Positions 8,114 through 17,123 of a stretch of DNA of 64,000 nucleotides are shown here, piece after piece. A program made the position numbers and the translations under genes. Origin of the DNA: an uncultured Dehalococcoidales bacterium (GTDB lineage Bacteria; Chloroflexota; UBA6077; FW602-bin22); assembly GCA_964536925.1 (NCBI GenBank), contig CAZHZF010000007.1:5237-69236 (forward strand), read 5' to 3'. The notes under the pieces were generated by a model. It had not been told where the DNA came from and did no database searches. It worked only from the letters and a program-made list of their open reading frames with translations. Within the stretch, counting starts at the first letter, position 1, and the number at the start of each line of letters is the position of its first letter.

Positions 8114-9741
8114 CGCTGGTACGGCGTCCTCGGTCGGAGTCGATACACCTGAGCTTCACCGTTGTCGTAGACGCGCAGTTCGCCGCTCACCGGCGGCAGC
8201 ACCTGCCCGGTCCGTGCGGCACGCAGGCGCACGATGTCCGTCACGGCGTACGTGCGGATGCCGGGACTGAACTGGCCGGTGTGTTGAAAGACATACTGCC
8301 CGGACATGACCACGTGTGCGGTGAACAGCCGCTCGTCGAGATCGGACCAGAAGGATCGATCGCTCAGATGTGAGTTTGCGAAGCGCATCACCGCCTCCTC
8401 GGCCGGCACGTAGAACGTCCATTTGTTGCTGAGGATCGGCTCGTTCGTTGCCTTGGCGACAGCGAACAGCGTCAGCATGCCGAGCGCGCCTGCGGCGAGG
8501 ATGCGCAGGCTTCGCGTGGGTCTCCACTGCGCGAGGAAGATCGCCACAACCGGCGCCGCGACCATCACGAAGGACGGGAACGATCGGTACTGGAGATTGC
8601 CCCCGAAAGAACCGGATCGGTCCGCGATGATGCTCAGGAAACCCTGCGCGGCGAACGCGCCGTAGAAGAGCCACAGGAGCCACTGGCCCACCGTCGGCGC
8701 CGACCTCGGGCGCGCCAGCCAGATCAGGCCCAGCCTCCCCCACGCGATAGCCGAGGTGAGCATCAGGACGTAGGTACCGATGGAGAGGAGCAGGTAGATG
8801 CGCGGATCGATCCACTGCTGGAAGATCGTCGCGTACGGATCGTATTCGACGATATCCGAGGTCGCCGCGGAGTCCTCCTGGCTCACCGTGAGGAACAGGC
8901 GCGAGAGGCGGTCGAACAGATCCGGCACCTGATTGATCGCGTGCCCGGCTGGGGGGTACAGGTAGTTGCTGAAGAGATACGCGAGCAGAGCGCAGAAAAG
9001 CGGTGCGTAGATGAGCCGCTGGCGGGTCGTCGCGGCCACGCTCCCGAGACCAGGCCCGAACAGCGCCGCGATCATCGAGCCGATGAGCGCCACGCTCATG
9101 GCCCAGATGAAGGAGGATCCGAAGAGCGAGTTCGTCGCGATGACGCCGTAGACGGAGAGATAGAAGAGGAGGATGTAGACCGCCTGCTTGGTGGGGGCGG
9201 ACTGTGCACGAAAGGAGCGGACGAGCAGCCAGATGGCGACGAAGAGGAGCGCCCGGAGGACCCGCTCGTGGCTGCCTCGCAGGACCACGAAGAGAAACTC
9301 CGGCTGGGTAACCAGGAGCACGGTGGCGATCGTCGCGGCGCGGCTCGACCCCGTCAGTTCGCGATAGACCGGCCAGGCCACGAGCACGAGAGACGCGCTG
9401 ATGAGCGGATAGAGCGCCTGCAGCAACGTCTGCACCGAGAGCCCCGTCGTCGCCACCAGTGCCGCCGAGACGAGGGAGAACAGGTAGCCGTTCGGGTAGA
9501 TCTCGTCGGCCACCGGCACGAGGGTTTCATTGCGGATGATCGCTCGGATGGCCGACGCCATGACCGCCGTGTCGCTGTCGGCCCATCGACCGGCGTAGCG
9601 GAAGCTGAAGTACGCGCCGAGGATGAGGGCAAATGCGGTCAGCGCCGCCACGATCCAGGCGTTCCCCGCCGGCAGCGGATCTTCGCCGCGTGCCGGAACG
9701 ATCGCGGCGACGCGCGGCGCGGCCTGCGCACGGGCGGCCAT
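8110..9741 (-). CDS. 543-aa polytopic membrane protein (GT-C / polymerase-like; family not assignable by eye)
   Basis: I count more than 10 hydrophobic helices. Its start overlaps the stop of the 827-aa gene at 9741. It sits between the DUF1616-like gene and the exported giant protein. The function call is inference from context only. Confidence 0.7.
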   Translation of the reverse strand: MAARAQAAPRVAAIVPARGEDPLPAGNAWIVAALTAFALILGAYFSFRYAGRWADSDTAVMASAIRAIIRNETLVPVADEIYPNGYLFSLVSAALVATTGLSVQTLLQALYPLISASLVLVAWPVYRELTGSSRAATIATVLLVTQPEFLFVVLRGSHERVLRALLFVAIWLLVRSFRAQSAPTKQAVYILLFYLSVYGVIATNSLFGSSFIWAMSVALIGSMIAALFGPGLGSVAATTRQRLIYAPLFCALLAYLFSNYLYPPAGHAINQVPDLFDRLSRLFLTVSQEDSAATSDIVEYDPYATIFQQWIDPRIYLLLSIGTYVLMLTSAIAWGRLGLIWLARPRSAPTVGQWLLWLFYGAFAAQGFLSIIADRSGSFGGNLQYRSFPSFVMVAAPVVAIFLAQWRPTRSLRILAAGALGMLTLFAVAKATNEPILSNKWTFYVPAEEAVMRFANSHLSDRSFWSDLDERLFTAHVVMSGQYVFQHTGQFSPGIRTYAVTDIVRLRAARTGQVLPPVSGELRVYDNGEAQVYRLRPRTPYQR

Positions 9742-12224
9742 CAGTCCTCTCGCGTGCGCGTGCGGTCGGCCCAGACGAGGAAGGCGACGCCGATGGAGAT
9801 CGCGACGCCAAGCGTGAGACTGGCGGTGATCGCGCCGCTCGCGAAGGGAGGCAGGCGTTGTGCGGTGAGGATCGTCGCCAGATCGCTGGGCGGGACGCGG
9901 TTCACACGGACGGCCGCGACCTCGGAGACCGCGGTCGCTCCGCCGGTCGCGAACGCCTGCAGCGTCCAGTCACCGGGGAGGACCGGTATCCAGGTCATCT
10001 CGATCGGCGTCGTTCCATCGGCGTCGATGCGCGTCGTCGTGGTCGCGGCGACGCGGGCGTCCTGGCCGCCGGCATCCCGCCAGGCCAGGATCGAGATCAC
10101 CGCCTGAGGAATCGGCACCGCGCTCGGGTTTACCACGCTGACGCTGAGACGCGTGGGCATCTGTTCCACCGCGTCATCCCCCCGTGTCCGCGGGCTGCCC
10201 AGCGAGATCGGTACCGCCGGCGCCGGTGAGATCGTGGCGCCCGTGACCGGGTCGACCCGCAGCCGATACGTTCCCCGGTCCATCGCCGGGAGCAAGGCTC
10301 CGGCTCCCTTGCGCTCGACGAGTCGGAGGAGGAACGTCTCCTCACCGCCGGCATCCGCGAACGACCAGGCCTCCGCCCCCGGGATCGTCTCCACCTCCGA
10401 CGCTCGGGCACGGAACATCGTGGCGATATCGTGGCCTTCATCGTACGAGGCCACCAGTCGGTGCAGATCGCGGAACGCTTCCCAGGACGCGCGATCGGTC
10501 GGCGGCGCGATCGTGGCGAGTTCGCGCTCCGCCGGGCCGCGGCCGACCTCGACGCCCGCTGGAGTGGAGAGGACGAGCCAGCCGCCCACCCGCGCGAGGA
10601 CCCCGAACAATCCCCCCGCCTCGACATCCTCCCAGCGCTTCACACGGCCGTCCGGGCTGTAGGCGTACCGGAGTTGCCGCTGGTCCGTAAGTTGCCAGTA
10701 TCCGAGCTCCGCGCCGATCAGATGCAGTTTGTGGTCTACCGCGTCCAGGTAGAGGCGTGGGCGGCCGCCGAGAAAGCCCACTGCCTCGCCGCGGAACCCC
10801 ACGGCGATGCTGCCACCGAGGAGGTTTCGCTTCTCCAGGCTGAAGCCGGCGAGGTAGTTCTGCTGCTCCTCCGAGCACGCCGTGCATCCGGAGTAGATCC
10901 CCTCGGTCGTCCAGAACCTCGGAGTCTCCGTGGCGATGAAGTTGACCGCCTCCCAGTCATTCTCGATCACCCACTTCGGGAACTCCGCATACGGCACGGT
11001 CCGCACCGCCACGCCCTCGCCGACCTCCACGACCGAGGGCATGGGTCTCCGTCCCGCGGTGGAGATCATGTAGGAGAGCCGCTGCGTGTGGTCGTGGTCC
11101 CAGCTGTAGCGTGTTTGATGGAACGGTTCTTCGATCGGTGTATCGGAGAAGTAGTCCGCGGCGACCCACGATTGATCGCGGATGATCAGATCGGGGACAC
11201 CGTCATCCTTGCCGGCGAGGTTGTAGAAAGCGAAGGGGTTCTCGAAGTTGGCATCGACGGCGCCGCCGTCACCGAATCGGAGCAAGGAGTAGATGAACCA
11301 GTTGGTGGGCCGCCCGCGCGACGCGACGAACTCTCCGATCACCTGGATCCGGCGGCGGCTGAAGTCGATCTGAATTGGCGGAAAGGATTCGTGGTAGTTC
11401 TTGACGATCCCGTACGCCGCCTCCGAGATGGCACCGAGCGGCCGGCGCGCGGGCGGTTCCACGATGAGATTCCCGGCACCGAACTGGCCCAGGTGCGGCC
11501 ACAAAATGTAGGTCTCCACCGGCACCTCGTCGTCCGCGGTGTTCACCATCAGGAGCGTGCGGTAGATCGCGGAAAGGTCGCTGATCGGTGGTCGCGTCTG
11601 GATAATCTGCCAGTCCGGTCGCCCGTCGCCATCCCGATCGAACACGCGGGTGACGATGTCCGCGATGCCGTCGGTGCGCGTGAACTCGAGGAAGACCTCG
11701 CTGTTGAAGGCGGCATTGACGGGGCCGTCGGTGCGGAGCGTCAGGTTGTAATTCACCGTTCCCTGGCGGCTCCACCAGCCATCCGGCGCGATGACGGTCA
11801 GGGAGGGGAAGCGTGATTCGATCGAGCGCGGATAGCCGCGCTCGAGCCCATGGCGCAGCTCTCCATCTCCGTTGGCATCGTCGTAGAAGTCGGCGACGAG
11901 CGCGCCCTGGTCCCGCCGGAAGTCGATGAGGAGGCTGGCGCGCCCGGTCGCCCCCGCGTCGAAGACCCACACGGCGTTCTCGGTGTTGATCTGCGTGCGC
12001 CAGTCCGCCGCGGTGTCGACCGGTTCACGGGCGTACATGAAGAGTCGATCGTGCTCCGAGTAATACCCCGGGCGGCAGTCCAGGATCAGGATGTCCACCC
12101 CGAACTGGCGCTGCCACGACGGCCGGCAGCCATCGAGACTGTCGTAGGCGGCCCGGGCGCGACCCTGGAGCGCCACGGCACCGACGATGGCCAGGATGAG
12201 CGCGACCGCGCGAAAGCTCGCCAC
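9741..12224 (-). CDS. 827-aa exported protein with C-terminal membrane anchor, unknown family
   Basis: It has a signal-peptide-like N-terminus (MASFRAVALILAIVGAVALQGRARAA) and a C-terminal TM helix followed by a basic tail (ASLTLGVAISIGVAFLVWADRTRTRED). GC3 is good throughout. No recognisable catalytic motif. Confidence 0.8.
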   Translation of the reverse strand: MASFRAVALILAIVGAVALQGRARAAYDSLDGCRPSWQRQFGVDILILDCRPGYYSEHDRLFMYAREPVDTAADWRTQINTENAVWVFDAGATGRASLLIDFRRDQGALVADFYDDANGDGELRHGLERGYPRSIESRFPSLTVIAPDGWWSRQGTVNYNLTLRTDGPVNAAFNSEVFLEFTRTDGIADIVTRVFDRDGDGRPDWQIIQTRPPISDLSAIYRTLLMVNTADDEVPVETYILWPHLGQFGAGNLIVEPPARRPLGAISEAAYGIVKNYHESFPPIQIDFSRRRIQVIGEFVASRGRPTNWFIYSLLRFGDGGAVDANFENPFAFYNLAGKDDGVPDLIIRDQSWVAADYFSDTPIEEPFHQTRYSWDHDHTQRLSYMISTAGRRPMPSVVEVGEGVAVRTVPYAEFPKWVIENDWEAVNFIATETPRFWTTEGIYSGCTACSEEQQNYLAGFSLEKRNLLGGSIAVGFRGEAVGFLGGRPRLYLDAVDHKLHLIGAELGYWQLTDQRQLRYAYSPDGRVKRWEDVEAGGLFGVLARVGGWLVLSTPAGVEVGRGPAERELATIAPPTDRASWEAFRDLHRLVASYDEGHDIATMFRARASEVETIPGAEAWSFADAGGEETFLLRLVERKGAGALLPAMDRGTYRLRVDPVTGATISPAPAVPISLGSPRTRGDDAVEQMPTRLSVSVVNPSAVPIPQAVISILAWRDAGGQDARVAATTTTRIDADGTTPIEMTWIPVLPGDWTLQAFATGGATAVSEVAAVRVNRVPPSDLATILTAQRLPPFASGAITASLTLGVAISIGVAFLVWADRTRTRED

Positions 12225-12244
12225 CCCCGGATTGTGCGGCCGCG

Positions 12245-13180
12245 ATGGGGTCCCGGCAAGGAACCACGCCCACCGTTCGGTTGTGGTACATCTCGCCCGT
12301 GCCTCTGATCTCGGTCGTGATCCCCAGCTTCAACTACGCGCGGTACGTTGGGCAGGCAATCGAGAGTGTCCTCAGCCAGACGTTCACCGATTTTGAACTC
12401 ACCGTGATCGACGACGGCTCCAGGGACGAGACGCGTGCGGTCGTCACCCGGTACACCGATTCACGGCTCCGTTACGTGTACCAGGAGAACAGCGGCCTCT
12501 CCGCGACCCGCAACAACGGCTTCGCGATGACCTCCGGAGAGTTCATCGCCTACCTGGACGCGGACGACCTGTGGCTGCCGCACAAGCTCGAGCGTCAGGT
12601 CGAGCGGGTGAAGGATGATCCCGGGGTCGGCCTGGTGAGTGGGGGTTACTACCTCCAGGACGAGGAGACCGGCGCACGCACCGAGCGGCGGTCAGTCCTC
12701 GAGGGCAACGTCCTGCACCGGGTCGCGATCGAGAACGTGGTCGCTGGTTCGGCGACGACCTCGCTGCTGCGCCGCTCGGTGCTCGAACGCACCGGGTTGT
12801 TCGATACGACGCTGCGCGCCTGCGAGGACTGGGACCTGTGGCTTCGGGTGGCCCGGGTGACGAGATTCGCCTACGTCGATGAGCCGATCGCGGTCCTCCG
12901 CCGACATCGGACGAACATGTCGAGCGAATCCATGCGCATGCGGCTCTGCCTGACGCGGGTTCTCGATCGCTTCTACCGCAGTCCGGATCTGCCGCCGGAT
13001 ATCCGACGCCTGGAGCCGCGGGCACGCGCCGTCGCCCACCTCACCATGGCGAAACTGGCCGTGCGCCTCGGGCATCGCCGAGAGGCCGTTGCCGATCTGG
13101 CCCGCGCGATCTGGCTCCAGCCCAGCTGGCCGGATCCCTATCTCGTGCTCTCGTCCGTGGTCGTGAAGGGGCACCGTTAG
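12245..13180 (+). CDS. glycosyltransferase family 2
   Basis: It contains LISVVIPSFNYARYVGQAIESVLSQTFTDFELTVIDDGSRDET and YLDADD (DxD). The true start may be GTG 12299 (VPLISVV), which would leave about 75 bp of divergent intergenic space. Confidence 0.85.
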   Translation: MGSRQGTTPTVRLWYISPVPLISVVIPSFNYARYVGQAIESVLSQTFTDFELTVIDDGSRDETRAVVTRYTDSRLRYVYQENSGLSATRNNGFAMTSGEFIAYLDADDLWLPHKLERQVERVKDDPGVGLVSGGYYLQDEETGARTERRSVLEGNVLHRVAIENVVAGSATTSLLRRSVLERTGLFDTTLRACEDWDLWLRVARVTRFAYVDEPIAVLRRHRTNMSSESMRMRLCLTRVLDRFYRSPDLPPDIRRLEPRARAVAHLTMAKLAVRLGHRREAVADLARAIWLQPSWPDPYLVLSSVVVKGHR

Positions 13181-13226
13181 GGGATATTGCGTCGTCCTCT
13201 TCACAAACCGGGCGGGTCGCGGGCGA

Positions 13227-15362
13227 TCAGGACATCCGGGAACCGGTCAGAAGCAGCCTCCGCTCCCTCCGGTCGATCCAGCCGCAGTAGAGTCGTTCCG
13301 GGAGGAGTCGGATCGCACGCCCGAGACGCGACTCATCCAGATCCCGTACCTCAACTCGCACAAACCCGGCCTCGCGCAAACGCGCAAGCCACTCAGGTCC
13401 ACTCAGAACAGCGGACGTGCCCTGACCTGTCCGCTCGTATGTCTGGCGCAACCGCGTAAGTGTTGGGCGGCTGTAGTCGAAGACGAGCAGCGACCCACCG
13501 GGGCGAAGCACACGTCGCGCTTCGGAGAGGCACCGGTCCAGTGTGAGTTGATGCAGCGTCCCAATCAGGAAGACCACGTCAAATGAACCGCCAACGAAAG
13601 GGAGAGTGTGGGCGTCCCCGAGGAGATCGGGGTCGCGTGGCAACAGGTCTCTGTACGATTCGTCCGTAATGTCGATCCCGACATATGTCCCACGCACTGC
13701 GGCGCGGTACTGAGCCATCCCACAACCGATCTCCAGGCTCCTGGATTCATCGACAGTCGCCCGCCTGAGCCAACGCGCGATCTCGGGGTCCCGATACGCG
13801 TCAAGTGGATCCGATCCGGGCGTGGACACCTCAGATGCCCGAGTTGTCGCTGTCGCGTGATCCTCGGCGGAGGACCGGACGACGACCTCACGCAGCGAAT
13901 CTGCTGGTATTCGATTGGCAAGAACGCCGCGGATTGCACGCATCTCTTGCGGTGTAATCGTCCTGAGGGCCAGAAGGCCTATAACGTATGTTGCCACTCC
14001 CGCGATGGACGCAAGTGCAAGATCTGCGACGGTCAACACATCGAGAGGATACACAAAAACCAGGAATACGATCATGATGGCAGTCGCAGCGCAGATCCGC
14101 CATATCCGTGAATATTCGTAAGTGAGAGGGAGGGCTCGAGAGCCGAACCACCAGGTCAGACAATACTGAAATGCAAACGATATGAACGTGGAAAGAGCTG
14201 CGCCGCCGATTCCCATCGACGGGATGAACAGAAAGTTAAGTACTAGATGAAGTATTGCAGCCAGCGCCATGCTCAAAGTGGAGAGTGACTGGCGGCCGAC
14301 CAGTCCGAGGCTCACATCGAAGTAGCTGGCCATCATCATGGCGCCATAGCCGAGAGTGATCAGTACTGCAAAATCCGCACCGTAAACAAACTCTGGCGTG
14401 GTTAATACTGAGAGAAGATCTCGAGAATAGATCCACAGACCGGCCATAGCCGGTATTAATAGTGCGAGTGCAGCCGACGTTGAATAGCGAAATAGCTGCT
14501 GCAAATCCTTGATGCGGTTGTGGTTGTACATTTCTGCCGCAGATGAGGGGTACATTACCCAGATAGGGTTGAAAATCACACCGATGAGCGCGTAACCAAT
14601 GTTGTAGGCGACGCTGTAGACCCCGATGTCGAACAGCGTGCCGTACTGTGCCAGGAAGATGCGGTCGGAGGAATTGAGAGCCCACATCCCATAGCCCATA
14701 GGAACGAGAGGGAGTCCAAAGCGCATGAACTGCACGAGCATCGTAGTATCTGGTGCTCCAAATCCATGGCTGAGTGCAATCTGCCCGAGTGCGGCGATAA
14801 TGAGCGCGAAGTCGGCGATGAGACCCGCGACAAGTAGAGTGTAAGCATCGCCACCGAGCGTAACAGCTACGACGGATACCGCCGTGGCAATGAGAGATTG
14901 GCTGACATTGAGAGTGGCGTAACCACGCCCGCTTGATACAAGGCGATAGTAGTTGCGACACGCGGTGAGGAGGAGAGTTGTCGCCAGGGCTGCGCCACAC
15001 AGCACCACGAAACGCGCGTGGTCCGCGTTTCCAAACAGTACGGTTGCGATTGGGGCTGCGAACGCGACGAGAATCAGGGAGAAGAGGACGCTTACAGCCG
15101 CGTAGTACAGGATCAGCGTGGTCACGCCGGATTGAATGGTGCGACGATCGGTTCCGGGCAGGAATCTGACAGCCGCAGAGTCCGTTCCGACAACTGCGAT
15201 CGGTGCCACCATGCCCACGATTACGGCGACCTGTGCCCAGGCTCCGAAGTCGGTAGGACCGAGGGCGCGGGTCAGTATCGGGAGGAGGAAGAGCGTTTTG
15301 AATCGCAGGAGCAGTTCCGTGACACCGAGGATGCCGGCGTTGCGGAAATACGCCCCGATCAC
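13227..15362 (-). CDS. MOP/Wzx-type polysaccharide flippase fused to a C-terminal SAM-dependent methyltransferase domain
   Basis: The N-terminal approx 480 aa form a multi-helix Wzx-like domain (MIGAYFRNAGILGVTELLLRFKTLFLLPILTRALGPTDFG). The C-terminal approx 190 aa carry motif I SLEIGCGMAQ (around nt 13739), FDVVFLIGTLHQL and RRVLRPGGSLLVFDY. It is a single uninterrupted ORF. Confidence 0.85.
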   Translation of the reverse strand: MIGAYFRNAGILGVTELLLRFKTLFLLPILTRALGPTDFGAWAQVAVIVGMVAPIAVVGTDSAAVRFLPGTDRRTIQSGVTTLILYYAAVSVLFSLILVAFAAPIATVLFGNADHARFVVLCGAALATTLLLTACRNYYRLVSSGRGYATLNVSQSLIATAVSVVAVTLGGDAYTLLVAGLIADFALIIAALGQIALSHGFGAPDTTMLVQFMRFGLPLVPMGYGMWALNSSDRIFLAQYGTLFDIGVYSVAYNIGYALIGVIFNPIWVMYPSSAAEMYNHNRIKDLQQLFRYSTSAALALLIPAMAGLWIYSRDLLSVLTTPEFVYGADFAVLITLGYGAMMMASYFDVSLGLVGRQSLSTLSMALAAILHLVLNFLFIPSMGIGGAALSTFISFAFQYCLTWWFGSRALPLTYEYSRIWRICAATAIMIVFLVFVYPLDVLTVADLALASIAGVATYVIGLLALRTITPQEMRAIRGVLANRIPADSLREVVVRSSAEDHATATTRASEVSTPGSDPLDAYRDPEIARWLRRATVDESRSLEIGCGMAQYRAAVRGTYVGIDITDESYRDLLPRDPDLLGDAHTLPFVGGSFDVVFLIGTLHQLTLDRCLSEARRVLRPGGSLLVFDYSRPTLTRLRQTYERTGQGTSAVLSGPEWLARLREAGFVRVEVRDLDESRLGRAIRLLPERLYCGWIDRRERRLLLTGSRMS

Positions 15363-15394
15363 CGGACGACCTGTTGGTTCAGGGCGGCCAGTAC

Positions 15395-16030
15395 CTACGC
15401 CCCCTGCGAGGGATCGGCCAGGTCGATACAGAAGATCGCCTGATGCGCGTCGATCGCGGCGCGGAGGAACCGACGCTTACGTATCGGAATGATCGTGCAC
15501 CGCTGTCCGAGCGACTGGTAGATTGCCGGATAGTCGTGGTGGAAGTTCCACGGCGATGTCTGGCGGGAACTCGCCTGGAAGTCGCTGCCCTGCCACCAGT
15601 CAATGTGCACAAGGTGTCGCTGCGCATGGCCCAGGAGGCAGCCAATCACTGTGACGATGTCGGTCGGCGGGACGTGCAGCAGCACTTCCGATGCGAGGAC
15701 AACATCGAATCGCTCGCCCTCCGGGAGTGACTGGATATCTGAGACCCGAAACTCGAGACCGGGTCGTTCGCCAACATAGGTGCGCGCCGCGTCGATCTGA
15801 TCGGCGGAGAGATCGCTTGCGACGTACCTGGTGATTCCCGGAATCTGCTCCAAAACCAGGCGCGTGATGCGCCCGAAGCCGCACCCCACCTCAAGAACGC
15901 TCTGGCCGCGGCGCGAGCGCAGTGCCTCGACAATCGCGGACTCCTGCAGAGCGAAGTGCTTCTGCGGGAACGCCTCCCGTGAGTAGGTCTTGCCGCGTTC
16001 CGTCCAGTACGCGTGCGGATCGTACGTCAC
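15395..16030 (-). CDS. class I SAM-dependent methyltransferase
   Basis: Motifs VLEVGCGFGRITRLVL, FDVVLASEVLLHV. It overlaps the upstream FemAB-like gene by 4 nt. Confidence 0.85.
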   Translation of the reverse strand: MTYDPHAYWTERGKTYSREAFPQKHFALQESAIVEALRSRRGQSVLEVGCGFGRITRLVLEQIPGITRYVASDLSADQIDAARTYVGERPGLEFRVSDIQSLPEGERFDVVLASEVLLHVPPTDIVTVIGCLLGHAQRHLVHIDWWQGSDFQASSRQTSPWNFHHDYPAIYQSLGQRCTIIPIRKRRFLRAAIDAHQAIFCIDLADPSQGA

Positions 16031-17118
16031 GAGGACCGGCCTCGGGCAACTCTGGATAGAGCGGTAAGGATTCTCGAGCGACGCGTCGAGCGCTCCTTCG
16101 TGTACCTCACGTACTCAGTGTAGATGCCGCCCCATTTCTCCTTGAATCGCCTGATGCCAGCCTCCTTGTCGCTCGACGGACGTGGCGCAATGCCAGCGAG
16201 ATCAAAGAGGCGGGCGCCGGCATCCTTCGCCGCGATGAGAACGTGCCAGTGGAGAAGATCCTGGGCCGGAATGCCGGATTCGTACGCTCGGTTCGTCGTC
16301 GACGACGCGATCTCGGTCGCGACGCCGCCGAACGCATAGATGCCCAGGGTAGCCAACGGATGCCCGTCGGCGTCCTGGGCGACGAAGTATCGGTAGATCG
16401 ATCGATCGGTTCGTTCCCAGAGCGCCGTCCAGAACGAGCCGGTCTGACGTGGGCGTCCATCGCGCGCCTCACACGCGTCGTAGGTTCGCGCAAACCGATC
16501 CGCAAAGTCTTCCGCTGTGCCGATCTCTACGGCTGTTGCACCGAGCCTTTCGCACTTGCGTACTGCCTTGCGCGCGGCCGGGCTGAGCACGTCCCAAATA
16601 CCCTCTCGAGACGGAGACAGGTCCACGAGGAGAGAAGCCCAGAGATCGGCGGTGTATCCTCGTTCGATGAAGGCGTCACGCGCAGGACTTTCCAAAGCAT
16701 AGAGAGGAGCAGTCGCGTTGCTGCTCGTCGTAATTTGCGAGACTCTATGTGACGAAGCAAACTGCGATACCCAGTCCAGCAACAGATTCACTGAGATCAC
16801 GTCGTATCCAACAATGTGGATGATGGGTCCTGCCGACAGATCGAGGGTGCCTCCGTCGAGGCCGACAACCGATGAGTACCACGATCGCGCCATTCTTGTC
16901 GTCAATCGGTCGAAAGGTGGTCGATGGAGTGCCAGCAGAGAGGCAACTACGTCATTGCCAGAGCGTACTTCAAGATAGAAAGGGTCCGCCCGGTCGACGG
17001 CAGCGACGAGATTTGCCCACATTGAGGTCTGCACAAATGTGGCAACTGTCCCCTGCTGACGAAGCCGCTCGTCCCAGCCCGGCGGAGGCGTTGATGAACA
17101 CTCGATCGCCAGACTCAC
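16027..17118 (-). CDS. FemAB/FemX-like (GNAT-fold) peptidyl/aminoacyl transferase family protein
   Basis: The C-terminal half (YRYFVAQDADGHPLATLGIYAFGGVATEIASSTTNRAY...LLHWHVLIAAKDAGARLFDLAGI...GIRRFKEKWGG) matches the characteristic FemAB/FemX pattern, including the terminal F-K-x-K/G-F/W-G-G motif. Confidence 0.7.
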   Translation of the reverse strand: MSLAIECSSTPPPGWDERLRQQGTVATFVQTSMWANLVAAVDRADPFYLEVRSGNDVVASLLALHRPPFDRLTTRMARSWYSSVVGLDGGTLDLSAGPIIHIVGYDVISVNLLLDWVSQFASSHRVSQITTSSNATAPLYALESPARDAFIERGYTADLWASLLVDLSPSREGIWDVLSPAARKAVRKCERLGATAVEIGTAEDFADRFARTYDACEARDGRPRQTGSFWTALWERTDRSIYRYFVAQDADGHPLATLGIYAFGGVATEIASSTTNRAYESGIPAQDLLHWHVLIAAKDAGARLFDLAGIAPRPSSDKEAGIRRFKEKWGGIYTEYVRYTKERSTRRSRILTALSRVARGRSS

Positions 17119-17123
17119 GCCTG

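Noticed and set aside
12225-12244. A 20-bp divergent promoter region between the 827-aa gene (12224) and the GT2 gene (12245).
   Set aside because: This is too short to hold two promoters. The GT2 start is more likely TTG 12281 or GTG 12299, which widens the region to about 55-75 bp. I therefore report no promoter call here.
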